From assembly GCF_030144855.1 (NCBI RefSeq), contig NC_082722.1, forward strand, positions 27,032,001-27,096,000: a DNA stretch of 64,000 nt, in the 5' to 3' direction. The position numbers and the translations under genes are program-made. Source of the stretch: Hypanus sabinus. Taxonomy: Eukaryota. The notes beneath the pieces were generated by a model. It did no database searches, was not told the origin of the DNA, and worked only from the letters and a program-made list of their open reading frames with translations. Within the stretch, counting starts at the first letter, position 1. The number at the start of each line of letters is the position of its first letter. Below, piece after piece: positions 10,040 through 23,925 of this stretch.

Positions 10040-11599
10040 GATTATAGAGCGTTTAATTTTATAATGGTAATGTCGCCTGGCAATAATGCAAATAAGCTAA
10101 AATATCTTGCGTAGTTTTCTGTTTGTATTCAGTGCCTGAAGCTTCTTGCATAAGTGTCCAAAAATATTCTGCCAGCATTGATGGATTCCAGCAGCCTTCA
10201 TACCATTTTTTATGACCACAATCTTCTTGTGAATACTTTCACCATGCTTGTTACGAACAGCACCAAAATTTGCATGGAAGAAGTGTAAATGGCAATGCAG
10301 AAAATGATATTTTACTGACATGCTCTACGTCATGGTTTTGTATGCTTGAAGTATATTGCCAAGCAACTGCACTTAGTTTGTTGCTCTGTAGTTGCCAATA
10401 TTTTTCCAACAACATCCTCGAATGCCTTACATGGGATTTTCTCCGGGCCCAATAGACGTTCTTCGAATGGGCTGCCATTGACAACTTGTTTGATATGCGG
10501 ACCAGCAGAAAATGACTTCTTTAATTTTGGAATTAATTATTCTGGGAATCTTCTCTCTCAAATATCGAAAATATACAGGGAAATTCTTGTACCTGGAGAC
10601 AACGGATTTCATCCTTGCAGTTTTGAACCCCGTAAATTTGCTTTTGCCTTTAACAAGCCCAAGGCTCTGACAAGGTCAGTTTACTCAGATTGAATATCAC
10701 AAGAGGCTCTCTCGACATTAGGAGTTCAAAATCTGTATCGATATCAGTGTCGTTTTTCCATTCCTGCCTCTTACACTTTGTCAACTTCCTCTGCCTCTTC
10801 CAGACTCTGTGTCTCAGGTGGCTTCAGTACTGCAAGACTATCATCTTGCGGCATAGGTCTCGATGCTGAACAGATATTGCAGTGTTCAATCGATTTCTTG
10901 TTTTTATTTACAGAGAAACCAACACACTGCTCAGATAGAACTAGCTCACGCCATATCATCGGTACCACGAATGCTACTGTCTTCCGAATATCTCTGAGCG
11001 AAACTCTCAAATTGATAACGCCTGGTGAGCAACAAATATGAAGAACCCAGGCACTGAGCTGGTCGCCAATCTTACACACAAAGTATAATTCATAGACCTT
11101 CTCAGTAAGAAGAATCATGCTCTGCGGTTGTGATTTAAGCTTATATTCACCACAAGTATAACAGAAAGCATCGCAGTTGATGCAACATTGGCCATACATC
11201 TTGCTTTCACAAATAATGCTGAAAATATAACAATTTGATTATAATGAATATGCTCAAAATGATATGACCATCGAGTATGCGCAGAACATGATCACTGACC
11301 TATTTACACTTAAACGCAACGCGGGGAACGGAGTTTGCGTGATGCTTTTATAATCTTTCCAAATCCTGTCCAGCCATGCAGCACCCGCCCTGTCTCATGC
11401 CCCAAAAAGAAGAAACCTTTTCAGTTTACATCGTGGGCAACCATTTAATTGACTTGCATTATGTATTGAAATATCAATATAGGCGATTTAAAAATGGTAC
11501 GTGATAGAGAAATTTCATGATGAATTTCATGATTAGTAACACATAATCCATGAGGCAAATCGAGCAGTATTCGGGATGCAAATTCTTTATTGTCCAGTG
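10040..11599 (-). mobile_element. Chapaev3-like (CMC superfamily) DNA transposon, internally deleted
   Basis: CACTG terminus at 11599. N-terminal Cys-rich ORF (CINCDAFCYTCGEYKLK…KIGDQLSAWVLHICC…PMIWRE) and C-terminal MSVKYHFLHCHLHFF…GAVRNKHGE, typical of this transposase family as I recall it. The family name is from recognition, not a database search. Confidence 0.7.
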
Positions 11600-12559
11600 A
11601 ACCTGGAGGGGAGGTGACGAACACATGTGCCTTGGAGCTGAGGGGCAAGAGACGATGGAACGAGTAGAGACTCGGTAAACTAGGGATTAGCTACACTGGC
11701 GAACTTGGTATCTTGGTTTGTGGATTATGAAAGCTGAATATGAACCCACAGACATGCTATGTTAATCCTTGTTGCAGAGGACTTGGTATGTGACAAGAAA
11801 GCCGTGCTGCAGCAAAGCAGAATGACGCGGTTTAGACAAAGTTAAGAACCATTTTGATCTTTTTCAATGGCATGATTTTCTTGGAGGAACTACAGTGACG
11901 CTTCTCTAAATTGAGTCAAGTAGCATCTATGGAGAGAAATGAACAGTCGAAGTTTCGTGTCCTGACTCTTCATCAGAACTGGTAGGAACAAAGAAGCAGA
12001 GAGATAGACATTATTAAAAGGTGAGGAATAAGTTGGAGCAAGATTTTGAGAGTAATAAGTGGATCCAGGTGAGGAAGTGATTAGCATCAGCCTTTTAAAT
12101 CACTTCCCTCTGCATACTCACAAACTAAATTTATTAGACCAAATTCCTCGCTGACGTTCATGGCTGATCCAATAAAAAATACTCTGATTCTGCTTTCCTT
12201 TTCAAGTACAACTTACATCGCTATAAATCAGCTTTACTTTGTCGCTATTCGGTTGCTTTCTAAAATTCTCCAGCAAACTACTGATATGATTTACCCAATG
12301 TAATCTAAAAGGCTAGAACAATGAAGAAATTCAGACTTGAAATCTCGTTCTGGCAGCGTGCGAGATTGCGTTCAACTAATGAATTGACGAATCGTATGAA
12401 TAATTGTGGCCACGACTCAGGTACAGCACTGTCGAATATTAGGAAAGATCTAGCAGATCATAGCTGCCATCCATGATTTAACGTGAGAAAGCTATATTCC
12501 CTCTAATTCGCGTTTAGCCTAACCGAGAATTTTATCTGCTTGAGTGATAATAGTTTTTT

Positions 12560-13445
12560 TTTTATTATTGGCCTAGCAAGTCGTTCAGTGCTTAAACAGG
12601 ACTCCGACGAAATATAAGAATCGAACAGACCAATGGATTTTCGATCCATAGGATGAACCGAACTAGTGATTCGGAAAAGGTAAAAGGTGGAGGTATCTGG
12701 TTAATGATAAACTGTGCTTCTGCAATGTGGCAGTTTTCTCCTGATCTTGTTCGTCCGAATTTGAACACCTCAGGATCAAACGCTGGCTTCCTATTTACCA
12801 AGAGAGTGCTCATTCATGATCTTTACCGCAGTTTGCATACCACCAAACACCATACCATCGCCAAACAGGTAACAGTCCATCTCGTGGAATCCACTAAAGC
12901 TTGTTTGAAGAAATCTCTGCCCAATTACCCGACCATATGACCTGTAGCACCTGAGGACCTGACACACTAGACCACTGCTACTGTATAAAAAGTAAGAAAT
13001 GCCTACACTTCCAAGCCCAAAAGCTACATCAATTTACTTGGCTGTCGTTCTCCTGCTTGTATAGAGGCAAAAGCAAACGAGCAAGAATCCAGAAATTAGG
13101 ACAACAAAAATGTCGTCGCTGGAGGCGGAGGTACGGCTACAAGATTACTTCAAGTCGATGGATTGGACTATGTTAAAGGTCTCGTCTACGATACTGAATT
13201 AATACACTGCGGTTATCACGGACGTGAAAAAAAACATAGTTGTAGTCAAGTGAGTCCAAGTGGCCTTGAGGAACAATGGCATCTGCAGCTTGCTGAGGTC
13301 AGATCTTAGGCAATGAAGATTGGCGACCAATAAAGTTATAAAAGGACCATAAAGGCCTATCACGGGCGAAGTGACAATTTCAGAATAAACCTGAAAGAAT
13401 GAAGGATGCCCAACAGTTGAGGCTGGGCTTGGATGCTATCAAAGT
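12560..13445 (+). mobile_element. Rex1/Babar LINE endonuclease region (decayed)
   Basis: Motifs MNRTSDSEKVKGGGIWLMIN, KKSLPNY…CSTxGPDTLDHCY and RLQDYFKSMDWT. Confidence 0.75.
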
Positions 13446-13451
13446 GCAATC

Positions 13452-14690
13452 AAACCAAAAAATCTGCAGATATTTGAAATCCGAAGCCACACTCACAATA
13501 TATTGGAGAAACTCAGCAGGCCAGGCAGCATTTATGGAACAGAATAATCAGTCGTCGTCTCGGACCCAGATCCATCATCAGAACTGGAAGGAAGCGGAAG
13601 AAGTCAGAATAAGAGGGAGGGGAGGAACCTCGGTTCAGATCCTTCGTAAATACATCCGTGACTCATCACCGGCTCTCGATTTCCAGTATGAATATAGGCA
13701 CGTTGGCCTAGTTCGTTTCATTTTCACTATGAATGTCCAGTCCCTGTGCACTTCTATCCACCTTCAGCACGGTCTTAACGCTTTTCATTTCTTCTTGGAC
13801 AGCAGACCTAATCAGTTGCACTGTCGTCGGTCTGTAAGATCTGGAATTCATTTTCAACAATTTCTCGTTGGGTCTTCTGACTTCCTTCAAACCCAAAGTG
13901 CAGCTATAGGCAACCACATGAGTCCTCGCAATGCCTGATCTTTCGTTGGCCATGTGGAACAGACAATGTCCCAACTTTACACCACCATCGCTCCCCAACA
14001 CTTCCAACTTAGTCTTCCAAACAGTACAAGTGGCACACTTGCCCATATACCTCCTCACTTACGAACACTCAGGGCCCCAAACAGTGAGGCGACACCGCAA
14101 CTGGGATTCCATTAGGACTACCTACTGTATCCAGAGCTCAAGGCGTGGCATCCTGTTTTTCGGTGAGACGCGACTTCGACCTGGAGAACGCTTCGTCGAG
14201 CATCTTCTCTCTGTCTACCACGAAAAGTTATGTCCACTCATTTCAATTCTAGTTCCCATTCCCTTTCCGACATGTCAGCCCATGGCTTCCTCTACTGCCA
14301 TGATCAGCCCACAGTCAGGTTGGAAGACCAACGCCTTATATTCCTTCTGGATTGTCTCCAACCTGATGGGATCAACTTCCGGTAATTACTCCAGATTTCC
14401 CACCCCCATCACTTCCCATTCTAGTTTCTGTCTCTCACTTTACCTGCTCAACACCTCCCTCTGGTGATTGTCCTCCTTCCCTTTTTTCCATCCTCTCCTG
14501 TCAGGTTCCCACTTCTCCAACCCTTAAGTTCTTACAACAATCAACACCCTGGCTATTCACCTCTTCACCTCCCTGTCTCCGGGTCCCACCCATCATCTGC
14601 CCTTTGAATGTCGACTATTTACTCGTTTTCATTGATGCTGCCTTTCCTGCTAAGCTCCTTCAGCATTTTGTGTGTGATGCTTTGAAATCA
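13452..14690 (+). mobile_element. Penelope-like element (RT C-terminus, GIY-YIG endonuclease, pLTRs), inserted in Rex1/Babar
   Basis: FIFTMNVQSLCTSI and AIGNHMSPR (RT); SIRTTYCIQSSRRGILFFGETRLRPGERFVEHL (GIY-YIG); pLTR motifs at both ends. Confidence 0.85.
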
Positions 14691-16130
14691 AGCGACATTG
14701 GTAACAAAAATGCTTCGCGACCAGATGAGCTAAACGTCTTCTATGCTTGCCGTGATCGGAGAAACAGAAAAGAACGATCACGAACTCCCAAAGATCCAGA
14801 TGATTCTGTGAATTCAGTCTCTGAGACGACATGACAGTAGCCTTTAGGACAGTGAACCCCCGGAAGGCATCCGGCCCAGATGAGATACTTGCCGGGAACT
14901 AAATTAATGTGCTGATCAATCTAAGGTGCTCCTTGTCTTTAAGCAGGCTGTGATTATACCGGTGCTTAAAAAGAAAGTGGTTACCTGCTCTCTTCCTGTA
15001 GCACTTCGATCCAGATTGAGAAAATGTTTTGAGAGCTTGGTGATGTAACATATACACTGCAGCATAATACACGACTGAGATCCATCTACTTTGCCTACCG
15101 TTAGGACAGATCTACAGCAGGTGTTATTTCACTAGCTCGTCAATCACCATGGAATATCTGGATACATCAGAATGATTTAATCGACTCATCTTGAAATGCA
15201 ATACTACCATCTCCTGAAACCTAATCAATAAGCATGAAGACATTATCTTCAATATCCCCTTGAGCAATTTATTCTGCGATTTCCTCACTTGAAAAACCCA
15301 GTGATTACATAGTGGCAACAACATCTCCTCCACAATTCCATCAGTACAGGTGCCTTACAAGGCTTTGTGATCACCATCCTGCTCTGATCGATTTACACCT
15401 ATGAATGTGTGGTTATGTGCAGCAACAATGAATATATAAGATTCCTGAGGACGCTGCTGTCGTGGAACGAATCAAAGTTGGAGTCCAATTAGTATGTAGG
15501 AGGGAGACTGAAAATCTGATTGCGTGGTGCCACAGAAAGAAGAAAATAAAAGCTCTTATTCAATATCAGCAAGAGGAACGCGCTGATGATTGATTTCAGG
15601 AGGAAGAAACCGTATATCCATCAGCCAGTCCTCATCGGAGGTTCAGAGCTAGAAAGCGTTAGCCACTTTTAGTTACTCAATGTTATAATTTCAGAGGACC
15701 TCTCCTGGTTACGATGAGAACAGGGCAGCGCATCTGCTTCGTTCGGAGTTTGTGACGAAATGGCTTTGCCTAACTGCTGGAGATGTGCAGTGGAGATTAG
15801 ATTGAAACACCTATGCCCTAGACCAGAAATACCTTCAAAATGTAGTGGATAGGGCTCGGCCCAGCACAGATAAAGTTCTCCTCACCATTGAGCACATCTA
15901 CATGCAGAAGGATCACAAGCAGCAGCACCCATCATCACGGATACCACCAGCCAGTTCATGCTTTCTTCTTGACGCTGCCGACAGGAAAAAACAACAGGAG
16001 TCTCTGGACTTATACCATCAAGTTCAGGATAAGTTATCACCCCTCAACAATCAGGGCCCTGAACTAGAGGGATTAACTGCACAGATTTTCACATGCCCTA
16101 ATACGGATCTGTTCCCTCAACCCATGTACT
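14690..16130 (+). mobile_element. Rex1/Babar LINE RT and 3' region (decayed)
   Basis: Continuation of the element at 12560: ASRPDELNVFYA, later RT-like segments and 3' motifs. Confidence 0.7.
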
Positions 16131-16182
16131 CATTTTCAAGGACTCTTCGTTTCATGTTTTCCATTGTTACACCTTATATTGG

Positions 16183-16246
16183 TGTTGTTGTTGTTGTTGT
16201 TGTTATTATTATTATTATTACTACTACTATTACTACTACTACTACT
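16183..16246. repeat. Compound (GTT)n(ATT)n(ACT)n microsatellite
   Basis: Directly visible; abuts the 3' end of the Dong/R4-like element. Confidence 0.95.
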
Positions 16247-16249
16247 TTT

Positions 16250-17060
16250 CATCATATTATTTCTCAGCTCAAGCTGGTTAAACCTCAGGAAAGGCCGTAG
16301 CCAAATACACTCAGTTCTCATTTGTTAGGAATATTCAGACTATTCCAGTGATGTTTAGTATTGTGGCTTCTGAAGATTTACGTAAATGTTGAAGTATACA
16401 TCGAATTGTTTGATGATACTGTGTTGTGACTGTGGGATGATACCAGTTGTAGATATTACTATTTGAACCGTATACACAGTTCATATTCCAAAGTCTTGCA
16501 ATTCCCTGTTTGAATCCTGCATATTTCTGGTGTTTTTCATTTATTGGCTTCTATATGTTGTGTGTCCTTGGAATGGCTATATCTATTAAGGAGGATGCCT
16601 TTGCTTATTCATACTGTAATCTATCTGCATAGTTATTAAGGATTGTCTTATCACGAAGTGTCACTTCCCGCACTGTTTTATGATGTTTCACAGCGTGATG
16701 GTCTTGTCAACACAGCTTCTGTCTCTCCTTACGCCTCGTTACTCTTTCCTCAAGCACACATCTCCAGCATCTGAATCCGTTGGACAATGACTAAATTTAC
16801 ACAACAGTCAGATAAAACTTCGAAGGATATATGTTTTGTCATAATAGATAGGTTGTAACATTATTTTTGTGATTTTGACTCTAAAACACGGAAAAGCTTG
16901 CATTTATAGTAAGGTATGATTATTTTATCAGGTTGAATTTTATAGCAAGATTTTAGTGAACAGTGTTTGATATTTCATTGTGCCGGTGCAAGTAATCAGA
17001 TTAAGTTGAACTGCTGCAGCATCCCGTAGTGTGGTCGATGGTTCCTGTTTCCTTTTCTCT
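16250..17060 (-). mobile_element. Dong/R4-like non-LTR retrotransposon 3' fragment (restriction-like endonuclease)
   Basis: Homologous to 31073-32100; minus strand encodes a LIDIAIPRTHN-type REL motif; 3' end runs into TAA/TAG repeats. Confidence 0.65.
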
Positions 17061-17229
17061 TGAAATATTCTACAATTATAATCTTGAATTTGTTGGTTTT
17101 TAAAGTTTTTTTACTAACTGCTGCTGATTAACCACCTGGTCCTGCATGTTATATGAATATGAATGATGAATACTGCACGGCTTTGACACATGGATGTTCG
17201 GATGCACGTTTCGAAGAAGGGTACTATGA

Positions 17230-18820
17230 GCCTGCGTCAATAAAGTTGCAAAAGCTCGAGATCCGATCTCTGGAAAGCGGACCATAAGCAAACTGTGCTA
17301 ATGCAGATATAAATAAATAGCAATAAATAACGCGTATGAAATAACAATGTAGCAGAGCCCTTAAATGAGTGTAGCAATCCCTTTTACAGAAGTGCATGAT
17401 GGCTGAGGGGTAGTAACTGATCTTGAAACTGAGGGACCCGTACCTTCCTCCTGACAGCAGCAGCGATAAAGGAGCATGACGTGGGTGCTGAGGATCTTTG
17501 ATGACGGATGTTGCTTTGCTACGGCAGCGTTTGCTGTATATATTCTCAATAGTTGGGTAGGTTTTACCTTGATATACTGGATCGAATCCACTACTTTTGT
17601 AGGGTTTTCCGCTCAAACACATTGGTGTTCCCTTACCAGGCTGGAATGCAGCAGGTCAGCACACTTTCCATCACACATCTATAGAGATTTTCCTAAGTTT
17701 TCGAGAACATGCAGAACCTCCTTAGGAAGTAAAAGCGCTGTCGTGCTTTCTTCGCTATAATATTTATATAATGAGTCCAGGACAGGTACTCTGAGATCGC
17801 GACACCTAGGACGTTAAAGTAACTGACCCTATTCAGCTATGATCCTCCGATGATTACTGGCTATGGGCCTCCAGTTTCCCTTTACTGAAGTCTACCATCA
17901 GTGTCTTGGTCTTACTGACATTGAGTGAGAGATTGTGGTTATTACATCACTCAGCCAAGTTTTCAGTACCATTCAAGAATGCTGATTCATCGTCCCTTTT
18001 GATAAAGCCGACAAAAGTGGCGTCATCAACAAACTTGTATATGGTGTTGGAGAACTACTTAGCTACACGGATATAGGTGTAAAGTGAGTGGAGCAGTGGT
18101 CTAAGTACGCATCTCTACGGTTTAGCTGTGCTGATCGAGATTGTGGAGGATATGTTTTAGCAATCGGTACGAACCATAATTCAGACGTCTACAATGAGGA
18201 AATCCAGAATCTAATTGCACAAGGGCGTTTTGAGGGCCAGATTTTAGAGTTTACCGTTTGGTATTGAGGGGTAGATGGTGTTAAATGCTGTGCTGTAATA
18301 GAAATCTCCGGAAAATAAATATAAAGGAGGGAGGTAAGTCTGCAGATGAACAGACCAGAAGCATTACGTCTCCTGGACTGAGTGCAGTATCAGTGTGCTA
18401 ATTCACAGTATTCCTCTCTTATTGCTGCTGCCATCAGGAAATAAATACAGCAGACTTAGGTCCCAAACCACCAGGTTTAGAAACAATGATTACATTCAAA
18501 CATCAGGCTTCTGAACCAACGTGGATAATTTCATTCTCTCGAAACTGAGCTGATTCAGTAAACGATGGACTTGTTTTCAATTACCTTACATCTCTTGTCT
18601 TAGCATATTCCCTTACCTAATTAGATATAATTATTGTAATTTTCTATATTTGCGCTGTTTGTCTTCCTTTGCACATTGGATGTTCGTCAGTCTTTGTATG
18701 CAGCTTTTCATTGAGAAAACTGCACTTCTTTGTTGGGCTGCGAATCCAGTAAGTAAATGAGTCACGGGGTAATAAATGGTGACATATACGTACTTTGTTA
18801 TTAAGTTTACTTTGAACGCT
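17230..18820. mobile_element. Rex1/Babar LINE fragments (minus ~17230-18330, plus ~18330-18820)
   Basis: Minus strand gives FVDDATFVGFIKRDDESAF…NHNLSLNVSKTK, plus typical 3' UTR segments. Confidence 0.7.
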
Positions 18821-19477
18821 GAACGTTAATTTAAGGAATGGTGCAAATAATCTGGAAAGAGTTCTGCGTAATGATATATAAGAATGATCCGTAGATGGGC
18901 GCGTAGTCAGTTAAGGCATGTTAGCCCGGCTACATTTGTATCCGCTGAAATTTATAAACGGAAAAGTGGTATCGTTTGATATGTATTTGATCTTGAGGGC
19001 TCTAAAAGAGGTAGCTATGAAAGGCTTATATGCCCTTGAGAGGAAACATAAATTACTCTCATCGTGTCGTGTCTTTGGATGTCTCTTCCTGAACCAAAAC
19101 ATTGAAACTCATATTTTTGTGTCATTTTAATTTTGACAATAACATCTGCTCAGGAAGCAATAAGTCGTAAGTTACTGTGAGTGGGTGGGGTAGGAATTTG
19201 ATGTTACCGTCAGATCAGTCACAATTTCATGGAATGGCGAAACATGTTCAGCTGCCAAGTGCTCTAATTCTGCTATGTTGTTTTCCCAGTAGCCTGCAGA
19301 TTTCAATATTCCAGATATATCTTTGAAATCGCCGTGTTCTACGAAGGTAAACTCCGTTCTCTTTTGAGTCACCTCCAACATCTCTCTGCAGCCAGGCACA
19401 TTGAGTAGCCCCGAATTTTGCCTCAATGCCAAAACGAAATGGTATTTTATTGCCAACATTGTTCGAATAATTAAATA

Positions 19478-19663
19478 TATACTCATTTTATTAGGTGTTC
19501 CTGCATACCTGCTTGTTAAAGCAGATATCTAGTCAGGCTTACATGTGCCAGCAAAGGAAGGCATGCAAGCATACAGGCATTCAAAAAAGCACAGTTGTTG
19601 TTCGGTCCAAGCATCAGACTCGGGGAAAAATGCGAACTAACTGGCTTAGACCGTGGAGTGATT
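19478..19663. mobile_element. Tc1-derived non-autonomous element, left part (split by CR1)
   Basis: Degenerate TIR tatatactc…ttattaggtgt; the sequence breaks at gaccgtggagtgATT and resumes at 23926. Confidence 0.6.
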
Positions 19664-22600
19664 TCTCGAACACTAGAACGAACATGAGAATAATACATCA
19701 CAGTATAGGCCATTCAGCCCTAGATATTGTGCCGACCCATATATTCCTAAATAAAGTATTAAACCCACACTACGCCGTAACCCTCTAGTTTTCTTTCATC
19801 TATGTCCCTTTCCAAGAGTCTCTAAATACCCCTAATGTTGTAGTCTCCACCACCATCCCTGGCAAGTTATTCCAGGCACCCACAGCCCTCTGTGTAAAAT
19901 AACTTACCCCTGATATCTCCACTAAACTTCACACCCTTACCTTTGTACATATGCTCTCTGGTGATTGCTATTCATGCCCTGGGAAACGAGTAATGGCTAT
20001 GCCTTTCATAATCTTCCAGATCTCTACCAAGTCCCCTCCCATCCTTCTACTCTCGAAAGAGAAAAGTCCCAGTTCTGCTTAACTTGCCTCATAAGACTTG
20101 TTTTCCAATCCAAGCAATTTCATATGCACCCTCCCCATAGCTTCCACATTCTTCCTATAATGAGGTGACCAGAACTGGACACAGTACTCTAAGTGTGGTC
20201 TCACCAGAAATTTGTAGAGTTGCAAAATGACCTCTCTACTCTTGAACTCAATCCCCCTATTCATGAAGCGTAGCATCCTATAGGCCTTCTTAACTATCCA
20301 ATAAACCTGTGCACCGACTTTGAGAGATGTATGGATTTGAACCCAAAGCTCCCTCTGTTCATCCATACTCTTAAGTAACCGACCATTAAACCTGTACTCA
20401 GCCTTCTGGTTTGACCTTCCAAAATGCATCACCTCACAGTTATCCGGATTGAACTCCATCTACCAATTTTTTACCAACTCTGCATCCTGTCCATATCCTC
20501 TTGTAACATTCGACAACCTACAGCTCCATGCACAACTTCTCCAATCTTTTTGTCATCCGCAAACTTACTCACCCATCCTTCCGCCTCTTCATCCAGGTCA
20601 TTTATAAAAATCACAATGAGCAGGGGTCACTGGACAGATCCTTGCGGCATACCTCTGGTCCCATCCTCCAGACAGAATACTTTCCTTCCACTGCCACCCT
20701 CTGCTTTCTTCCTGTAAGCCAATGTTTTAATCCAAACAGCAAAGGTTCCACTGATCCTACGCCTTATCATATTCTGGATGAGTTTCTCGTGGGGGACCTT
20801 AACAAATGCCTTGCTAAAATCCATGAAAACGACATCTGCCGCCTTGCCATCATCAATTTATTTTGTTACCACTTCAAAAAACACAATAAGGCTCATCAGG
20901 CATGACCTTCCCTTCACAAAGCCATGTTGACTATCCTTCAGTAGACTGTACTTCTCCAAATGCTCGTAGATCCTATCCTAGAGAATCCTTTCAAATAGTT
21001 TGCAGATGAATGACGTAAGACTCATCCGTCCATAATTCCCGGGATTCTCCCTATCATCTTTTTTTTTTTAACCAGGGAACAATATTTGACATTTTCTAAA
21101 CCTCTGGTACTTCCCCTGCAGCCAAAGAGGACAAAGATCATAGCTACTGATCCAGCAATCTCTTCTTTCACTTTCCACAGCAACCTGGGTAGATCACGTC
21201 CGGCACTGGAGGCATATCAATCTTGATGTTTTTAAGAAGATCCAGCACTTGTTACTCCTTAATCTCCACACTGTCGAGCACACAGGCCTGTTGTATTTCG
21301 ACCTCATCCTGATCAAGGTCCTTTTCAGATGAACATACTAAAGCGAAGTATTCATTTAGGCCTCCCCAACCTCCTCCGCCTCCAGGCACATGTTGCCGTC
21401 CTTATCCTTCAGCGGCCCCACCTTCAGTCTTGTCATTCTTCTGTCATCACATATGCATAGAACACCTTGGGGTTCTTCTTAATCCTAAATGCCAAGGCCT
21501 TCTGATGGCCCCTTCAGGCTATCCTAAGATCTTTCTTAAGCTCCGTGGCTACCCTATATTTCTGATGAGCCCATCCTGCTTCCTGCTTCTTATATCTATC
21601 ACATGCTCCCTTCTTCCTCTTCACGAGTTGCCTCACGTGTTTCGTCTGCCACGATTCCTATTTTCTTCCAGTTTTCATTGTGTCAGTGGGACAACCCGAT
21701 CCTGAACACAGCACAAGTGGTCACTAAGCTTCCTCCTCTTTACTTCGGTACTTTCACCCTTAAATATCTGTTTCCAATTTACTCTCACTAGTCCCTGCCT
21801 CATTCCTTCATAGTTACCCCTTCCCCAGTTATGCACTTTTCCATTCTGTCTGTTGTTATCGTTTTCCATAGCTATGCTGAAGCTAAGGGGGCTGTGCTCA
21901 CTCTCACCAAAATGCTCCCCCACCAAGAGGTCTGCCACCTGACCAGGTTCATTACCCAGAACTAGATCCAGTATAGCCTCTCCTCTCGTGGGCCGGTCCA
22001 CATACTGTGTCAGGAATCCTTCTTGAACACGCGTGACAAATTCAGTTCCATCTATCCCCCTTGCAGTCAGGAGGTGACAGTCAATATGAGAGAAATTGAC
22101 ATCACTCATAACTACAACCCTGTATTCCCTGCACAATGCTGCCTGCGTATCTGCTCCTGGGTTTCTCGAGGGTTATTTGGGGGCTTATGGACTACACCCA
22201 GTAATTGATCCCTTCCTATTTCTGACTTCCACCCACACCGACTCAGTGGACACTCCCTCTGCAGCGTCCTCCCTTTCTATGCCGTGATACTCTCCCTGAC
22301 CAGTAATTCTACTCTCCACCTCCTTTTCTACCTCTCATCCTATTCGTTTTAAAACATCTAAACCCCAGTACCTGTATCAACCAATCCTGCCCTTTTTCGA
22401 ACCAAGTTTCAGTAACGGCGACAACATCGTAGTTGTACGTACTGAACCATCTTCTGATTTTATCCCCTTTATTCCTAATTCTCGGGCGTTGAAATAGACA
22501 CATTTCAACCCTCTAACTGGATACATTTATGTTGTCTTTCCTGCCGGTCCCTCCTCACCAACTCAGAACACATAGCATCATGTCCTTCTCCTTCTACCCT

Positions 22601-23925
22601 AATCTACGCACGCAAATTCTGATTCCCACTCCTCTGCCAAACGAGTTTCCCACCCTCCCCAACACCTGCCCGCCAGGATATTGGCCCTTTTCCAGTTCAG
22701 CTGCAGCACATCCTTTTTGTAAAGGTCAGACCTACCCCAGAAGAGATCCTAATGATCCAAAAATCTGAACCCCTACACCAACACTTCTGCAAGGCATTCA
22801 TCTGCGATAAGTTCCTATTCCTACCCTCTCTGTGTCGTGGCACAGGCCGCAATCCCGAGAATACCACCCAAGAATTCCTGGTTTTGAACTTCGTTCCTAA
22901 CTCCCTATATTCCTTCTTCAGGACTTCATCCCTACTCCCATCAATGCCAATGGACCCAACGTGGACTCCGACATCTGGCTGCTCACCCACTCCTGATAAT
23001 ACTGAGAACTCTATCCGAGATATCGCGGACCCTGGCACCAGGGAGGGAACAGACCATCCGGGATTCTCAAACTCTCTCACAGAAACTCTTATCCGTCCCA
23101 CTAAATATCGAATCGCCTAGCACTACTGCTTACCACTTTTTCCTCCTTCTTTTCTGAGCTGAGGGTCCAGTCTCGGTTGCAGAGACGCGACCACTACAAC
23201 TTGTCCCTGATAGGTCGTTCCCATCAACAGTATCCAAAATAGTGTACTAATTGTTGATGGGAACGGCCACTGCGGTACTCTGTTCATTCTGTCTATTCCC
23301 CTTCCCTCTCCTGACAGTCACCCAGTTACATGTCCCCTGACTTTTATGGGTGACTGTCTCCCTGAAACTCCGATATATTACTGCTTCTGCCTCCCGAATG
23401 ATCCGAAGTTCATGCAACTCCAGCTACATAACACCGTTTGACAGGAACTGCAGCTGGATGCACCTTTTGCAGATGTAGCCATCAGAGACAATTGTGCTGT
23501 CCCTGACTTCCACATCCTACAATCGGAGTACTAGACTGCCCTATCTATTACCTCCATTACCAACTCCTAAGTTAATTAAATTAATTAAACAAACTTACCC
23601 GGCCTTACATCACTGGGAGTAAGCCCGTCTTCCACCGCTTCTCGCCGAAGCCTCTCTTAAGCCAAAGCCTAAAAGCCACTCCATCACTGGTCAACTCACT
23701 CACTGGCCGCTCAGTTTGAACCTCCCCCCGTTTTATTTGTTTGATCTTTTCAATTTTCGATTGCCCAATCAACTGCTTTCTGCTGAGTCTGAGCTGTTCC
23801 AATCTTGATTGACTTGATTGCACAATCCAGCTACCAAATCCGCCAAAACTTCTCGAGCCAAAACGTGAAAGCTCCGCTCCTTCACTGGTCCACTCTATCA
23901 CAGGCTGCACTGCTTGAGCAACCCT
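19664..23925 (-). mobile_element. Near full-length decayed CR1 LINE (ORF1 SGNH/esterase-like plus ORF2 EN-RT)
   Basis: ORF1 motif VGVHVGSIGIDGSRDEVLKKEYRELG…VVFSGLRPVPR; ORF2 YDVVAVTETW, DFSKAF, LVRPHLEYCVQFWSPHYRK; flanked by ATT on both sides. Confidence 0.9.

Larger units (their letters stand above)
5680..14920 (-). repeat. Left arm of inverted segmental duplication (paralog at ~52390-64000)
   Basis: Reverse complement aligns block by block with 52390-64000, including non-TE sequence (5680-7670 vs 62050-64000; 11600-12420 vs 59050-59890) and identical TE junctions. Confidence 0.9.

Noticed and set aside
18890-19350. Faint similarity to 36490-36860 (both contain tacgaaggtaa donor-like motifs) and the 104-aa ORF 19172-19486
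   Set aside because: Could not build a convincing alignment; no recognisable protein motif.
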